Assembly (NCBI GenBank): GCA_018401875.1
Contig: JAGYJZ010000008.1
Coordinates: 67,090 to 131,089, forward strand
DNA: 64,000 bases
Origin: Salibacteraceae bacterium
GTDB lineage: Bacteria > Bacteroidota > Bacteroidia > Flavobacteriales_G > Salibacteraceae
Direction: 5' to 3'
Positions within the stretch are counted from its first letter, which is position 1; every line of letters starts with the position of its first letter. Of this stretch, positions 8,504 through 18,924 are shown piece by piece. A program made the translations under genes and the position numbers. Under the pieces are notes generated by a model, which saw only the letters and a program-made list of their open reading frames with translations, ran no database searches and had not been told where the DNA came from.

Positions 8504-10314
8504 GATAAATCTTGCAGCTCAACCAGTCGTCTGTATAAGCCTTTACGCTCGAGCAATTCTGTGTGTGTTCCCATTTCCACAATTTCGCCTTTATCGATGA
8601 CAATAATGCGATCGGCATGCTGCACGGTGCTCAACCGGTGGGCGATTACAAAGCTGGTTCTGCCTTCGGTAAGTTTCTGAAGGGCGTCTTGCACCAAGCG
8701 CTCACTCTCCGTATCGAGGGCCGATGTTGCTTCATCCATGATCATAATGGGCGGATCATTGAGGATTGCTCGTGCGATGCTCAAACGCTGCTTCTGACCT
8801 CCTGAGAGTTTATTGCCTGCTTCGCCCACACTTGTGTTTAATCCTTCTGATAAAGAAATCGCGAAACCGTGTGCGTTGGCAGCGTGCAGCGCTTCGATTA
8901 TTTGCTTATCGTTTGCGTGTTGATTGCCAATCAGAAGGTTGTTTTTCACACTGTCATTAAACAAGATACTCTGCTGCGAAACAATGCCAAACAACCCTCT
9001 CAAATCATACACTTTAAATTCTTTGATGTTTTTTCCATCCACCAAAATCTCGCCTTCGCTTACGTCATAAAACCGTGGCATGAGGTCTACCAAAGTGGTT
9101 TTTCCACCACCCGAAGGACCGACCAAGGCAATGGATTCTCCCCGTTTTACATGCAAATTAATATTCTTGAGCACCCACTCTTCGCCATACTTAAACGAGA
9201 CGTTTCTGAATTCAATCGATTCTTTGAACGTTGATATGCTCTGTGCGTTTTCCGACTCCAGCACTTGCTCGTCAGCCTCGAGAATTTCATCGATCCGTTC
9301 GCTGGCAGAAATCCCGCGTTGAACTCTGACAAACGACTCTGACAACGCCCGCGCAGGCGAAATCATTTGCGAGAAAATGACGATGTAGAGAATAAAAAAT
9401 TCACCGTTTAGTGAATTGCCTTCGAGCACCAAATTACCGCCAAACCACAAGATCAACGCGATGGTGATGGCCGAGAGCGTTTCTCCTAGAGGCGATGTCA
9501 AATACTGTTTTCTAAACAAGCGCACCATTAACTTAAAATGTTGATCGTTGACCTTGTTGAAATGCCGATTAAAAATATCCTCGGCTGTAAATCCTTTCAC
9601 GATTCTGATGCCACCTACTGTTTCTTCCAAAGACGTGACCACTTCACCGAGCTCTTCCTGTCCTTTTTTGGCAGTGCGTTTTAGCGATTTTCCAATTCTG
9701 CCGATCATCAAACCAGAAATGGGCAAAACGATGACTACGAATAAGGTCAATTCCCAACTGATTCCGAGCAGCGTTATCAAGTAAAGGACGATCATCACTG
9801 GTTGGCGAAAGAGTGCTTCCAACGCACCCATTACTGACCATTCTACTTCCGCAACATCGTTGGTAAATCGCGCCATGATCTGTCCCTTGCGTTCATCGGT
9901 ATAATAGGCCATGGGCAAGCGCAGCAGCTTTTGGTAGATGTCGCGCCTCAAATCTCTCACCGCCACATTTCGCAGAAACGCCATTTGGTGCAGCGCCAAA
10001 TACCTGAAAATATTCCGCACAAAAAAGAGCACCACAATCACGATGCAGAAGATGAACAATGCCTCTATCGGACCTTCTTCGCGGATGTATTGCTCAAAAG
10101 CCGCGTTAAGTTTATCCAAAAAGCCCGAACCAATGACAGCATCAGGATCTGCTTCTGCCTCAACACTGTCAAACAAAATTTTAAGAAAAGGCACAATGGC
10201 CGAAAAAGACACCACCGAAAACGCAGCATTCAGAATGTTGAACGCAAGGTTTACGGCAATTCTTCCTTTGTAGGGAGCAAGGTATTTAAGTATGTCAATG
10301 AATTTCTTCACCAA
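8500..10314 (-). CDS. ABC transporter, fused permease/ATPase (MsbA-like)
   Basis: TM domain plus Walker A GPSGGGKTT, LSGGQKQR, DEATSALD, IAHRLST. Confidence 0.93.
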   Translation of the reverse strand: MVKKFIDILKYLAPYKGRIAVNLAFNILNAAFSVVSFSAIVPFLKILFDSVEAEADPDAVIGSGFLDKLNAAFEQYIREEGPIEALFIFCIVIVVLFFVRNIFRYLALHQMAFLRNVAVRDLRRDIYQKLLRLPMAYYTDERKGQIMARFTNDVAEVEWSVMGALEALFRQPVMIVLYLITLLGISWELTLFVVIVLPISGLMIGRIGKSLKRTAKKGQEELGEVVTSLEETVGGIRIVKGFTAEDIFNRHFNKVNDQHFKLMVRLFRKQYLTSPLGETLSAITIALILWFGGNLVLEGNSLNGEFFILYIVIFSQMISPARALSESFVRVQRGISASERIDEILEADEQVLESENAQSISTFKESIEFRNVSFKYGEEWVLKNINLHVKRGESIALVGPSGGGKTTLVDLMPRFYDVSEGEILVDGKNIKEFKVYDLRGLFGIVSQQSILFNDSVKNNLLIGNQHANDKQIIEALHAANAHGFAISLSEGLNTSVGEAGNKLSGGQKQRLSIARAILNDPPIMIMDEATSALDTESERLVQDALQKLTEGRTSFVIAHRLSTVQHADRIIVIDKGEIVEMGTHTELLERKGLYRRLVELQDLS

Positions 10315-11669
10315 GAAGGCATCTTGAAAACACCCGTGTAATTGTGCGGAGTAATTTGTTTCAACTCTGCTTTCACTGCATCGCTCACCTTCAGCGAGTC
10401 GATGAATTCAGATAACGAATCAGGTGTGATTTTAGCATTACCTCGCGTCAATGCTTTTAGCGCTTCGTATGGCTTTTCGTATCCCTCGCGCCTGAGGATG
10501 GTTTGAATTGCCTCGGCACAAACTTCCCAATGGCGGTCTAATTCAGCGTGGATGACTTCTTCGTTGAGGATGAGTTTATCCAAGCCTTTTTCGATGGAAG
10601 CCAAGGCGATCAGCGTGTGAGAAAACGGCATTCCGATATTGCGTAAAACTGTACTATCAGTAAGGTCTCGTTGCAAGCGCGAAATCGGCAATTTGGCTGA
10701 TAGGTGTTCAAAAATAGCGTTGGCAAACCCCAGGTTTCCTTCTGCGTTTTCAAAGTCGATCGGATTAACCTTGTGCGGCATCGCTGATGAGCCCACTTCA
10801 CCTTCTTTGATCCGCTGCTTGAAATAGTCCATCGAAATGTAGGCCCAAATGTCGCGACTCAAATCAACCAAAATGGTGTTTACCCGTTTCCATGCGTCCA
10901 TCAGTGCAGCCAAATGATCGTAGTGCTCAATTTGTGTGGTAGTTTGAGAGCGGTAAAGTCCCAATGTATTGTTTACGAAACGATTGGCAAATTCACTCCA
11001 ATCTACCTGGCTGTAGGCCACATGATGTGCATTAAAATTTCCCGTTGCCCCGCCAAATTTGGCAGCAAAAGGAATGTGCTGCATCTGAACAAATTGCTGG
11101 TCGATACGCTCAACGAATACGAACAGTTCTTTTCCCAACATGGTTGGTGAAGCCGGCTGGCCGTGTGTGCGGGCGAGCATCGGAACAGCCTTCCACTCTT
11201 CTGCCAAACAGCGAAGTTTTTCTTGGATAAGCATCAATCGAGGAATCATCACTTTTACTTGAGCCTCTTTCAATGAAAGGGGCACCGCTGTGTTGTTGAT
11301 GTCTTGACTCGTGAGTCCGAAATGCACAAACTCCAACAAGTCAGTTCTTCCAAGTTTTTGGAGTTGTTCTTTTACGAAATACTCAACCGCCTTTACATCG
11401 TGGTTGGTGGTGCGTTCAATGGTTTTGATTTGCTCGGCATCTTGCAGGGTAAAATTCTCATACAAGCTTCTCAGTTTAAGCTGTTCTTCATCTTTCAAAG
11501 GCTTCACACCTTGCAGTCCTTCGGCAGCGAGTAAAATCAGGTATTCTATTTCAATACGAACGCGGTATTTAAACAACGCGTATTCTGAAAAATATTCGAT
11601 AAGCGGTTCTGTGTGGCGAGCATAGCGGCCATCAACGGGAGAAACTGAGGTCAAAGCCTTTCTTGGCAT
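10308..11669 (-). CDS. purB: Adenylosuccinate lyase
   Basis: SPVDGRY, TNHDVKAVEY, GSSAMPHKVNPIDFEN; start moved to MPRKAL at 11669. Confidence 0.96.
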   Translation of the reverse strand: MPRKALTSVSPVDGRYARHTEPLIEYFSEYALFKYRVRIEIEYLILLAAEGLQGVKPLKDEEQLKLRSLYENFTLQDAEQIKTIERTTNHDVKAVEYFVKEQLQKLGRTDLLEFVHFGLTSQDINNTAVPLSLKEAQVKVMIPRLMLIQEKLRCLAEEWKAVPMLARTHGQPASPTMLGKELFVFVERIDQQFVQMQHIPFAAKFGGATGNFNAHHVAYSQVDWSEFANRFVNNTLGLYRSQTTTQIEHYDHLAALMDAWKRVNTILVDLSRDIWAYISMDYFKQRIKEGEVGSSAMPHKVNPIDFENAEGNLGFANAIFEHLSAKLPISRLQRDLTDSTVLRNIGMPFSHTLIALASIEKGLDKLILNEEVIHAELDRHWEVCAEAIQTILRREGYEKPYEALKALTRGNAKITPDSLSEFIDSLKVSDAVKAELKQITPHNYTGVFKMPSW

Positions 11670-11841
11670 GAGTACGATTTTAAAAGATGGCAAATGTAGG
11701 GCATAGAAATGATGTTGAATGTTCTGATTCAAGCTGCCTTCTCTGCATCACAAAATCGAATTCTGAAGATTATAAAAAGATATCTCTTTGATTTTAAGTG
11801 CATTTTGTTTTTTTTTACAGAAATCTTTAAATCTACTCGCT

Positions 11842-12252
11842 ATGAAAAATGTATTGATCCTATTATCCTTTTGCTTCACAGTTGTTACCGGAATCTGTCA
11901 ACCACCCACCACCACCATCTTCAACAACACGAACTGCCCCATGACTGTGACAATGGTTTGCGGTTTTGATGCCGGTTGTGATAGATCATGTTCTTTCAAC
12001 GTCTGTGCGCCTGCAATGATGCCCACACCCGCAATTCCTTGTGCCATCGACTGCCATGAATGGGGTTATGCCATTGTATGCCCCGGATGCCCACCTTGCG
12101 GGGCTCCAGACGATTGTTATACTGTGAGTTGGAATAGTTGTAACGGGTATCCTCAAATTGCAACGGGTACTATTTCTGCTCCGTGCCCCACGTTTTGTCA
12201 GGGTCCTATTTCAGTTGATGCTTCTACGCCTAATCAATTGAACATAAATTGA
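11842..12252 (+). CDS. Secreted Cys-rich small protein, copy 1 (14 Cys in mature part)
   Basis: Signal peptide MKNVLILLSFCFTVVTGIC then Q; paralog at 14933 conserves all 14 Cys. Confidence 0.8.
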   Translation: MKNVLILLSFCFTVVTGICQPPTTTIFNNTNCPMTVTMVCGFDAGCDRSCSFNVCAPAMMPTPAIPCAIDCHEWGYAIVCPGCPPCGAPDDCYTVSWNSCNGYPQIATGTISAPCPTFCQGPISVDASTPNQLNIN

Positions 12253-12293
12253 GATTTCAACAAGATACAAAGGCGATTAGCTAAATTTGTTTA

Positions 12294-14864
12294 ATGCATT
12301 TAAGGCTATTAGAAAGTTTGGGCAGGCAAAAGGTATTGAATCTTCTTGGCCTGCTTTTTTTTGCATGCCTACTTAACACTCAGGCTCAGCAAGTTTATGA
12401 CAGATGGTGTTTTAATCATAACTTGGGAATAGATTTCACCTCTAACGGTGCAGTATTCAACGCAAACAACAGCATTGAATCATTTGAGGGTTGCATTAGC
12501 GTGTGCGATGTTAATGGTAAGCTTTTGTTCTATGCAAGCCCCACCACCGTGTGGGACAGTATGCATAACGTAATGCCCAATGGCGATAGTTTACACGGAC
12601 ATATCTCGGCAAAATTGGGAGTTTTTTCTGTTCCAGTGCCTGAAAGCCCTCAAAGACATTATGTTTTTACCTCTGATGCTGCGGAATCATGGCCCTCTTG
12701 GGAAACGCGATATTCCATAGTAAACATGGCCCTTAATAGCGGACTTGGTGATTTAGAACCAGGAAGCAAGAACACGCTACTTTTTGATCATAATCCACAT
12801 ATAGCAGAATCGGTAATAGGATGCTCGATGGCAGGTCAGACAGATGGCTATTGGATATTCTGCTGCAAGGGAAACGAGATTCATATCTTTAAGATAACTG
12901 CGAACGGCATTTCCAGTCATTCGTCATACCAAACCGATTTAATGCCTATTGGAGCCTCATCCCTCGTTGGAGTTTCGGGCAGTGGAAGGCGCTTCATAAT
13001 GAATGGCTTTATGCAAATAGATTCCGTACTTTGGAGGGGATTCACACTTCTTAAATTTGACCCTGTGTTGGGTGCTTTCAATGATGAATTGTTTATACCA
13101 TTATCAACCAATATAGTCAACACCTATGCTGAATTTAGCCCAAACGAAAAATTTCTATACTTCAATCATTTCGAATCCGTCCAAAACATTTCATATGCTC
13201 TAAGCCTCAACTTGAACATATGGGATGAAGAAATCATTCTGAATTCAATAGATACTTTAGGAGTGTTAGATAGCAATCGCTTGTTTCAATTTAAGCTTGG
13301 TGTCAACGACACTATTTATATCAACAGGGATTTGGATTCCAATATGTCTATCGCCACCATTGGCAATCCAGATCAGGTGAATGGGCCTGCTGTGTTTGAT
13401 CCTATTTCGTTCCCTGTTCAATTAAACATCTTTGGTCAACATGGCCCTGGATTGCCCAATAACCTGCAATACGGCAAACCCGACTTTGAAGCGCGCTATA
13501 CCTGCCTTGGTGACAGCACATGGTTTGTGTTTTTTGGATTAGCAGATTCTCTAAAATGGAATTTCAATGACCCCAACGCGGGAATGTTGAATTTTTCCAT
13601 GCTTGAAAATCCATATTTCTTGTTCTCATATCCTGATACATTCTCTGTTGAGTTAATCGTGTATTACAAAAACAACATTGATACCATCAACCACGAAGTA
13701 ATCATAAAAGACACTCTTCCTGATCACATTTTTGTGTTGGAAGATGCTTTCTTGTGCGGAAACGCTGACTCTGTTGTCTTTGACTTTAGCGCATTAAATC
13801 CAACAGAAGTGCTTTGGAGTGATAGTGTAAACACCTTAACCCGAATAATAAAAGATACAGGTAACTACGCTGTACTTATTGCAAACGAGTGTGATACGAT
13901 ACGTGATACTCTCGAGGTGATTTATCAACTAAGACCAAACCTCTCATTAAAAGACACAACCATATGCGCTGATTTTCAACTAGTTTCAGGTGTAAACAAC
14001 CCTCCCACAAACAATATTTGGTCAACGGGCGACACTACCGCTTCCATTACCATCGATACTTCCCTTTCGCCCGATTTAAGTCCATTGGATATTTGGCTAA
14101 CTGCCACCAACGTCTGCGGCACTGTAAGCGATACGATGACCATTGACTTTTTACCAATTCCAAATGCGTCATTACCCGCAGACTCTTCGCATTGCCTCGA
14201 TCAGTCATTTTTTATTTTTCATGAAAACTTTGACAACGTCAACTATTTGTGGAGCGACAGCACTTCGGAAGGACGGTTTAGAATTGATTCCACCCAATCT
14301 GTGTGGCTTATAGCTGAAAATATTTGCGGTGTAGACCGAGACACGTTTAACGTAGAGTTTTACCCCGAAATTAAACCTGAACATGGAGAAGACACAGTCA
14401 TCTGCAATGGCGAAATACTGGTATTGGACGCTACATGGCCAGGCGCCAACTATGCATGGAACACAGGAAGTACAGGCAATTCGATCACTGTTTCTGAAAC
14501 CGACAATTACATCGTCACCATCAGCAGTCCGCCATGCCAGAAAGTAGTATCGCGCACCGTGTCATTCACTGAAGAAGCTTGTAACGAATCGGGATGCAAG
14601 TTTTCGATTCCCAACGTTTTTTCTCCCAACGCAGACGGAATCAACGATGCATTGCGCATCACCAACACCTGCGAACATTTAAATTTCACGGTGTTCATCT
14701 ATAACCGCTGGGGACAATTGGTATTCAGGCAACAAAACAGCTCATCCGGAGCTTCGTGGGACGGAACCATCAATGGAGAAGCTGCAACAGAAGGCACTTA
14801 CTTTGTGGTAGCTATGCACAGCGAAGAAAAAACGCAACGCGCTGCGGTGAGTTTAATGAGGTAA
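12294..14864 (+). CDS. T9SS type-B (gliding-motility-associated CTD) secreted protein, copy 1, with propeller-like N-terminus and PKD-like domain
   Basis: C-terminal IPNVFSPNADGIND...IYNRWG...WDG...GTYF; WNFNDP...ENP PKD-like segment; WSTG/WNTG repeats. Confidence 0.85.
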   Translation: MHLRLLESLGRQKVLNLLGLLFFACLLNTQAQQVYDRWCFNHNLGIDFTSNGAVFNANNSIESFEGCISVCDVNGKLLFYASPTTVWDSMHNVMPNGDSLHGHISAKLGVFSVPVPESPQRHYVFTSDAAESWPSWETRYSIVNMALNSGLGDLEPGSKNTLLFDHNPHIAESVIGCSMAGQTDGYWIFCCKGNEIHIFKITANGISSHSSYQTDLMPIGASSLVGVSGSGRRFIMNGFMQIDSVLWRGFTLLKFDPVLGAFNDELFIPLSTNIVNTYAEFSPNEKFLYFNHFESVQNISYALSLNLNIWDEEIILNSIDTLGVLDSNRLFQFKLGVNDTIYINRDLDSNMSIATIGNPDQVNGPAVFDPISFPVQLNIFGQHGPGLPNNLQYGKPDFEARYTCLGDSTWFVFFGLADSLKWNFNDPNAGMLNFSMLENPYFLFSYPDTFSVELIVYYKNNIDTINHEVIIKDTLPDHIFVLEDAFLCGNADSVVFDFSALNPTEVLWSDSVNTLTRIIKDTGNYAVLIANECDTIRDTLEVIYQLRPNLSLKDTTICADFQLVSGVNNPPTNNIWSTGDTTASITIDTSLSPDLSPLDIWLTATNVCGTVSDTMTIDFLPIPNASLPADSSHCLDQSFFIFHENFDNVNYLWSDSTSEGRFRIDSTQSVWLIAENICGVDRDTFNVEFYPEIKPEHGEDTVICNGEILVLDATWPGANYAWNTGSTGNSITVSETDNYIVTISSPPCQKVVSRTVSFTEEACNESGCKFSIPNVFSPNADGINDALRITNTCEHLNFTVFIYNRWGQLVFRQQNSSSGASWDGTINGEAATEGTYFVVAMHSEEKTQRAAVSLMR

Positions 14865-14932
14865 TAAACTAAACCCTTGATTATTAGTATTTTTTGCTTT
14901 TTTTTTGTGGGAAATCTTTAAATCTACTCGCT

Positions 14933-15361
14933 ATGAAAAACGTATTAATTATCCTAACTTTTTGCTTTTGCGCCACCTACGGAATATGTCAGGCGCCTCC
15001 CATGAACATCAATAACACATTGGGTTGCGACATGCTCGTCAGGCTAAACTGCGGCAATGATGTTGGTTGTGACGCAGCTTGCTCAGTGACTATTTGCATT
15101 CCAGCAATGGGCGCAGTTCTTACTCCTCCATGCTCAATTGATTGCCAAGAATGGGGTATGGCTATGGTTTGTCCGGCAGACCCATGTCCGAACATTTGCG
15201 GTAATACAGCCGATGGAAGCTGTTATATCGTGAGCTGGAACAATTGCAATTCTTATCCAACCATAGCCACAGGCAACATTAATCCCCCTTGCCCAACCTC
15301 CTGCTTGGGAACGATCACGGTTGATGCTTCAATGCCAAACACATTAAACATCACGCCTTAA
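14933..15361 (+). CDS. Secreted Cys-rich small protein, copy 2
   Basis: Paralog of 11842..12252; same 30-nt start region GAAATCTTTAAATCTACTCGCTATGAAAAA. Confidence 0.8.
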   Translation: MKNVLIILTFCFCATYGICQAPPMNINNTLGCDMLVRLNCGNDVGCDAACSVTICIPAMGAVLTPPCSIDCQEWGMAMVCPADPCPNICGNTADGSCYIVSWNNCNSYPTIATGNINPPCPTSCLGTITVDASMPNTLNITP

Positions 15362-15390
15362 GGCACACTGTAAATAACTAGATTTGCCTC

Positions 15391-17963
15391 ATGCACAGCG
15401 GTTTTTCAGAGTCACTATATCATCCAAAACACATTATGTTTATTGGTTTATTGATTCTAAACTGCATGAACACAGTTCGGGCTCAACAAGTTTTTGACCG
15501 GTGGTGTTTTTCTTACAACATGGGCATTGACTTTACGTCTTCAGGCGCAGTATTTAACCCCGGAAACAATATAGCAGCACCTGAAGGATGCATAAGTGTC
15601 TGCGATGACACCGGAAATCTTTTGTTGTATGCCAGCCCCACAACGGTGTGGGACAGTGCACACAACGTAATGCCCAATGGCGACAGCCTGGACGGACATA
15701 TATCCGCAAAACTCGGTGTGTTTTCAGCACCCGTTCCTGGGAGCCCACAAAGGCACTATGTGTTTACGAACGATGCTGTTGAAACTTATCCCTTCGAAAT
15801 GGAAACCCGCTATTCCATCGTAAACATGACGCTCAATGGTGGACTCGGGGATGTGGAGTCAGGAAGCAAAAACACACTGCTATTTGATTATGATCCTCAT
15901 GTGTCTGAAGTAATTACGGGATGTGCTATCGCGGGTCAAACCGAAGGCTATTGGTTGTTTTTGAGAAAGGCAAACGAAATACACGTTTATAAAATCACCT
16001 CAGCAGGGATCAACAGCCATACCTCGTATCAAGCGAATTTGATAATTGCAGTTTCGCACCTAATTGGGCTTCCGGGAAGCGGCAGATACTTTTATATGGA
16101 TGGTATTAAGCATCTAGATTCCATGCCTTGGAGAGGCATAATGCTTGCAAAGTTTGATCCCGTAAATGGTACGTTCAGTGATGAATTGTTCATCCCAATT
16201 ACCAATAATTTAAGCAATGGTGCGGTTGTGTTTGCAGAAACTAGCCCAAACGAACGATACGTATACCTAAGTCATTTCGTATTTGCAGAAAACAATACCT
16301 ATGTACTAAGTTTAGACTTGGAAACTTGGGATCAAGACAGTATTATTCATTCCATCGATACTGTTGGGGTTTTGCATAACAATCGATTATTTGAGTTCAA
16401 ATTAGGCATCAACGATACTATTTACATCAATCGTGATTTGGATTCAAACCTGGCCTTGGCCACCATCGGAAATCCAGATCAAATAAATGGGCCTGCCGTA
16501 TTTGAGCCTGCAGCTTTTCCAGTGCAGTTAAACGCTTTGAGCCAGCATGGCCAAGGCCTACCAAACAAGCTCAACTACGGCAAACCCGACTTTGAAGCGC
16601 GCTATACCTGCCTTGGTGACAGCACATGGTTTGTGTTTTTTGGATTGGCAGATTCTCTAAAATGGAATTTCAATGACCCCAACGCGGGAATGTTGAATTT
16701 TTCCACGCTTGAAAATCCATATTTCTTATTCTCCCAGCCAGACGCATTCGCTGTTGAGTTAATCGCGTATTACAAAAACAACATCGATACCATCTCGCAC
16801 GAAGTAATCATCACAGACACTCTTCCTGATCAGATTTTTGAGTCGCGAGACGGCTTTTTGTGCGGAACTAATGACTCGATTAAATTTGACTTCAGCACAC
16901 TAAATCCAACAATGGTGCTTTGGAGTGATAGTGTAAACACAATAAATAGATCCATCACCGACACAGGGGTATTCTCCGTAGTTATTGCAAACGAATGTGA
17001 CACATTGCGAGATACGCTGGTTGTGCGTTTCGCCACTGAACCGAGCATCACTCTAACTGACACCACTTTGTGTGAGGGTTCGCAACTGATTTTAGAAATG
17101 GGCGATTCCACAGGTAATAACCTCTGGTCTACAGGTGACACCAACGCCTCTATTATCATCGATACTTCGCTTTCGCCCGATTTAAGTCCATTGGAAATTT
17201 GGCTGACAGCCAGCAACGCCTGCGGCACTGTAAGCGATACGATGACCGTAAGTTTTTTACCGATGCCGATAGCTGACCTTCCGCGTGATTCGGTGCACTG
17301 CCTTGAAGCGGCTTTTTACATTTCTCACAGCAATACACAAAACGTGAATTATTGGTGGAACGACAGCACTTCGGATGAGCAAATCTTGATCAACACTACT
17401 GCAACAGTATGGCTAATCGCTGAAAATGAATGCGGAATGGACGCTGATACATTCAGTGTAAACTTTTATCCTGAAATAAAATCAGAACTCGGAGAAGATA
17501 CTTTGGTCTGTATTAGTGAAAGCGTATTGCTTGACGCGTCATGGCCGGGAGCAAACTTCGTGTGGAGCACCGGAAATACGGACGACTCCATCACCGTATC
17601 TGAATCTGATACGTACATCGTCACCATCAGCAGTCCGCCATGCCAGAAAGTAGTATCGCGCACCGTGTCATTCACTGAAGAAGCTTGTAACGAATCGGGA
17701 TGCAAGTTTTCGATTCCCAACGTTTTTTCTCCCAACGCAGATAGGTCCAACGTGCCCATCATATCTTCACCGAACATTTAAATTTCACGGTGTTCATCTA
17801 TAACCGCTGGGGTCAATTGGTATTCAGTCAACAAAACAGCTCATCCGGAGCTTCTTGGGACGGAACCATCAATGGAGAAGCTGCAACAGAAGGCACTTAC
17901 TTTGTGGTAGCTATGCACAGCGAAGAAAAAACGCAACGCGCTGCGGTGAGTTTGGTTAGATAA
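15391..17963 (+). pseudogene. T9SS type-B secreted protein, copy 2, frameshifted in the CTD (or sequence error)
   Basis: ORF stops at 17781, but homology to copy 1 continues in another frame to ...AAVSLVR* (TAA 17961-17963); a 29-nt block at 17742-17770 replaces 36 nt of copy 1. Confidence 0.75.
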
Positions 17964-17981
17964 AATGAGGATAAACGTCAC

Positions 17982-17997
17982 TGCAACCAAAGTCACA
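17982..17997. promoter_or_regulatory. Crp/Fnr-like box 1 (TGCAACCAAAGTCACA)
   Basis: 21 nt upstream of CACCTTTG (18019-18026); same geometry at two other promoters. Confidence 0.65.
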
Positions 17998-18031
17998 GTT
18001 CCATCTCAAATGAAAGTTCACCTTTGCACGC

Positions 18032-18832
18032 ATGATTGAAATAGCAGGATATATAAGTGCCGTGATCATTGGCATTTCACTCGGGTTAATTGGCGGTGGT
18101 GGTTCCATTCTCACTGTGCCCGTTTTGGTGTATTTATTAGGCACTTCACCCATTATGGCCACGGCCTATTCGCTTTTTATCGTTGGTGGTTCGAGCCTGA
18201 TTGGGGTGATTGACTACGCACGAAAAAAACTCGTTGATTACAAAACCGCCTTGGCCTTTGGGTTGCCCAGCTTAGTAGCTGTTTTCCTCACACGAAAATT
18301 CTTGGTTCCTGCCATTCCCAACGAATTGTTTAGCCTTGGTGCGTTCACCATGACCAAAGGCATGTTTCTAATGGTGCTGTTTGCCCTTTTGATGCTGTTT
18401 GCCTCTATCGGCATGATCAAGAAGAAAAAGAACAAAGTTGACCATAAACCCAAAACACTAGAACCTTGGCAAACGATGCTCATCGTTTTGACGGAAGGGT
18501 TTATCGTGGGCACACTCACAGGACTTGTAGGTGCTGGCGGTGGTTTTTTAATCATCCCGGCTTTGGTGCTTTTTGCTGGACTTGAAATGAAGAAAGCCAT
18601 CGGCACTTCATTGCTCATCATCGCTGTGAAATCACTGGTAGGGTTTCTAGGTGATGTTTCAAACTACGCCATCGATTGGAACTTTTTATTGGTCTTCACC
18701 GCACTGGCTGTGGTAGGCATTTTCATTGGCAGTTTCTTGTCGACCAAAATTGACGGTCAAAAATTAAAAGTGGGCTTTGGCTGGTTTGTGTTAGTGATGG
18801 GTGCGTTCATCCTGCTCAAAGAATTGTTCTGA
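18032..18832 (+). CDS. Sulfite exporter TauE/SafE family protein
   Basis: GLIGGGGSILTVP and GLVGAGGGFLIIP repeats, AIGTSL; highly hydrophobic. Confidence 0.92.
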   Translation: MIEIAGYISAVIIGISLGLIGGGGSILTVPVLVYLLGTSPIMATAYSLFIVGGSSLIGVIDYARKKLVDYKTALAFGLPSLVAVFLTRKFLVPAIPNELFSLGAFTMTKGMFLMVLFALLMLFASIGMIKKKKNKVDHKPKTLEPWQTMLIVLTEGFIVGTLTGLVGAGGGFLIIPALVLFAGLEMKKAIGTSLLIIAVKSLVGFLGDVSNYAIDWNFLLVFTALAVVGIFIGSFLSTKIDGQKLKVGFGWFVLVMGAFILLKELF

Positions 18833-18850
18833 CCATTATCAGGTTTACAG

Positions 18851-18866
18851 TGTAACACAAGTCACT
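18851..18866. promoter_or_regulatory. Crp/Fnr-like box 2 (TGTAACACAAGTCACT)
   Basis: 21 nt upstream of AACCTTTG (18888-18895). Confidence 0.7.
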
Positions 18867-18924
18867 GTATAGCTGGGCGCATCTGTTAACCTTTGTTGCT
18901 GTTAAATTATAAAACCAGTAACAC

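Larger units (their letters stand above)
11820..17963 (+). repeat. Tandem duplication (~3.1 kb unit) of a two-gene cassette
   Basis: Units ~11820-14864 and ~14911-17963; near-identical blocks 13470-13627/16576-16733, 14508-14635/17614-17741, 14672-14854/17771-17953. Confidence 0.9.

Noticed and set aside
11803..14906. T9 tracts upstream of both Cys-rich genes (11808-11816, 14898-14906) as phase-variation switches
   Set aside because: No clear -7 element brackets them and T-runs are common in these AT-rich gaps
14508..17953. Diversity-generating retroelement (TR/VR-like repeat pair at gene 3' ends)
   Set aside because: No reverse transcriptase in the window; differences are not adenine-specific and include a 7-nt length change; both repeats belong to full paralogous genes
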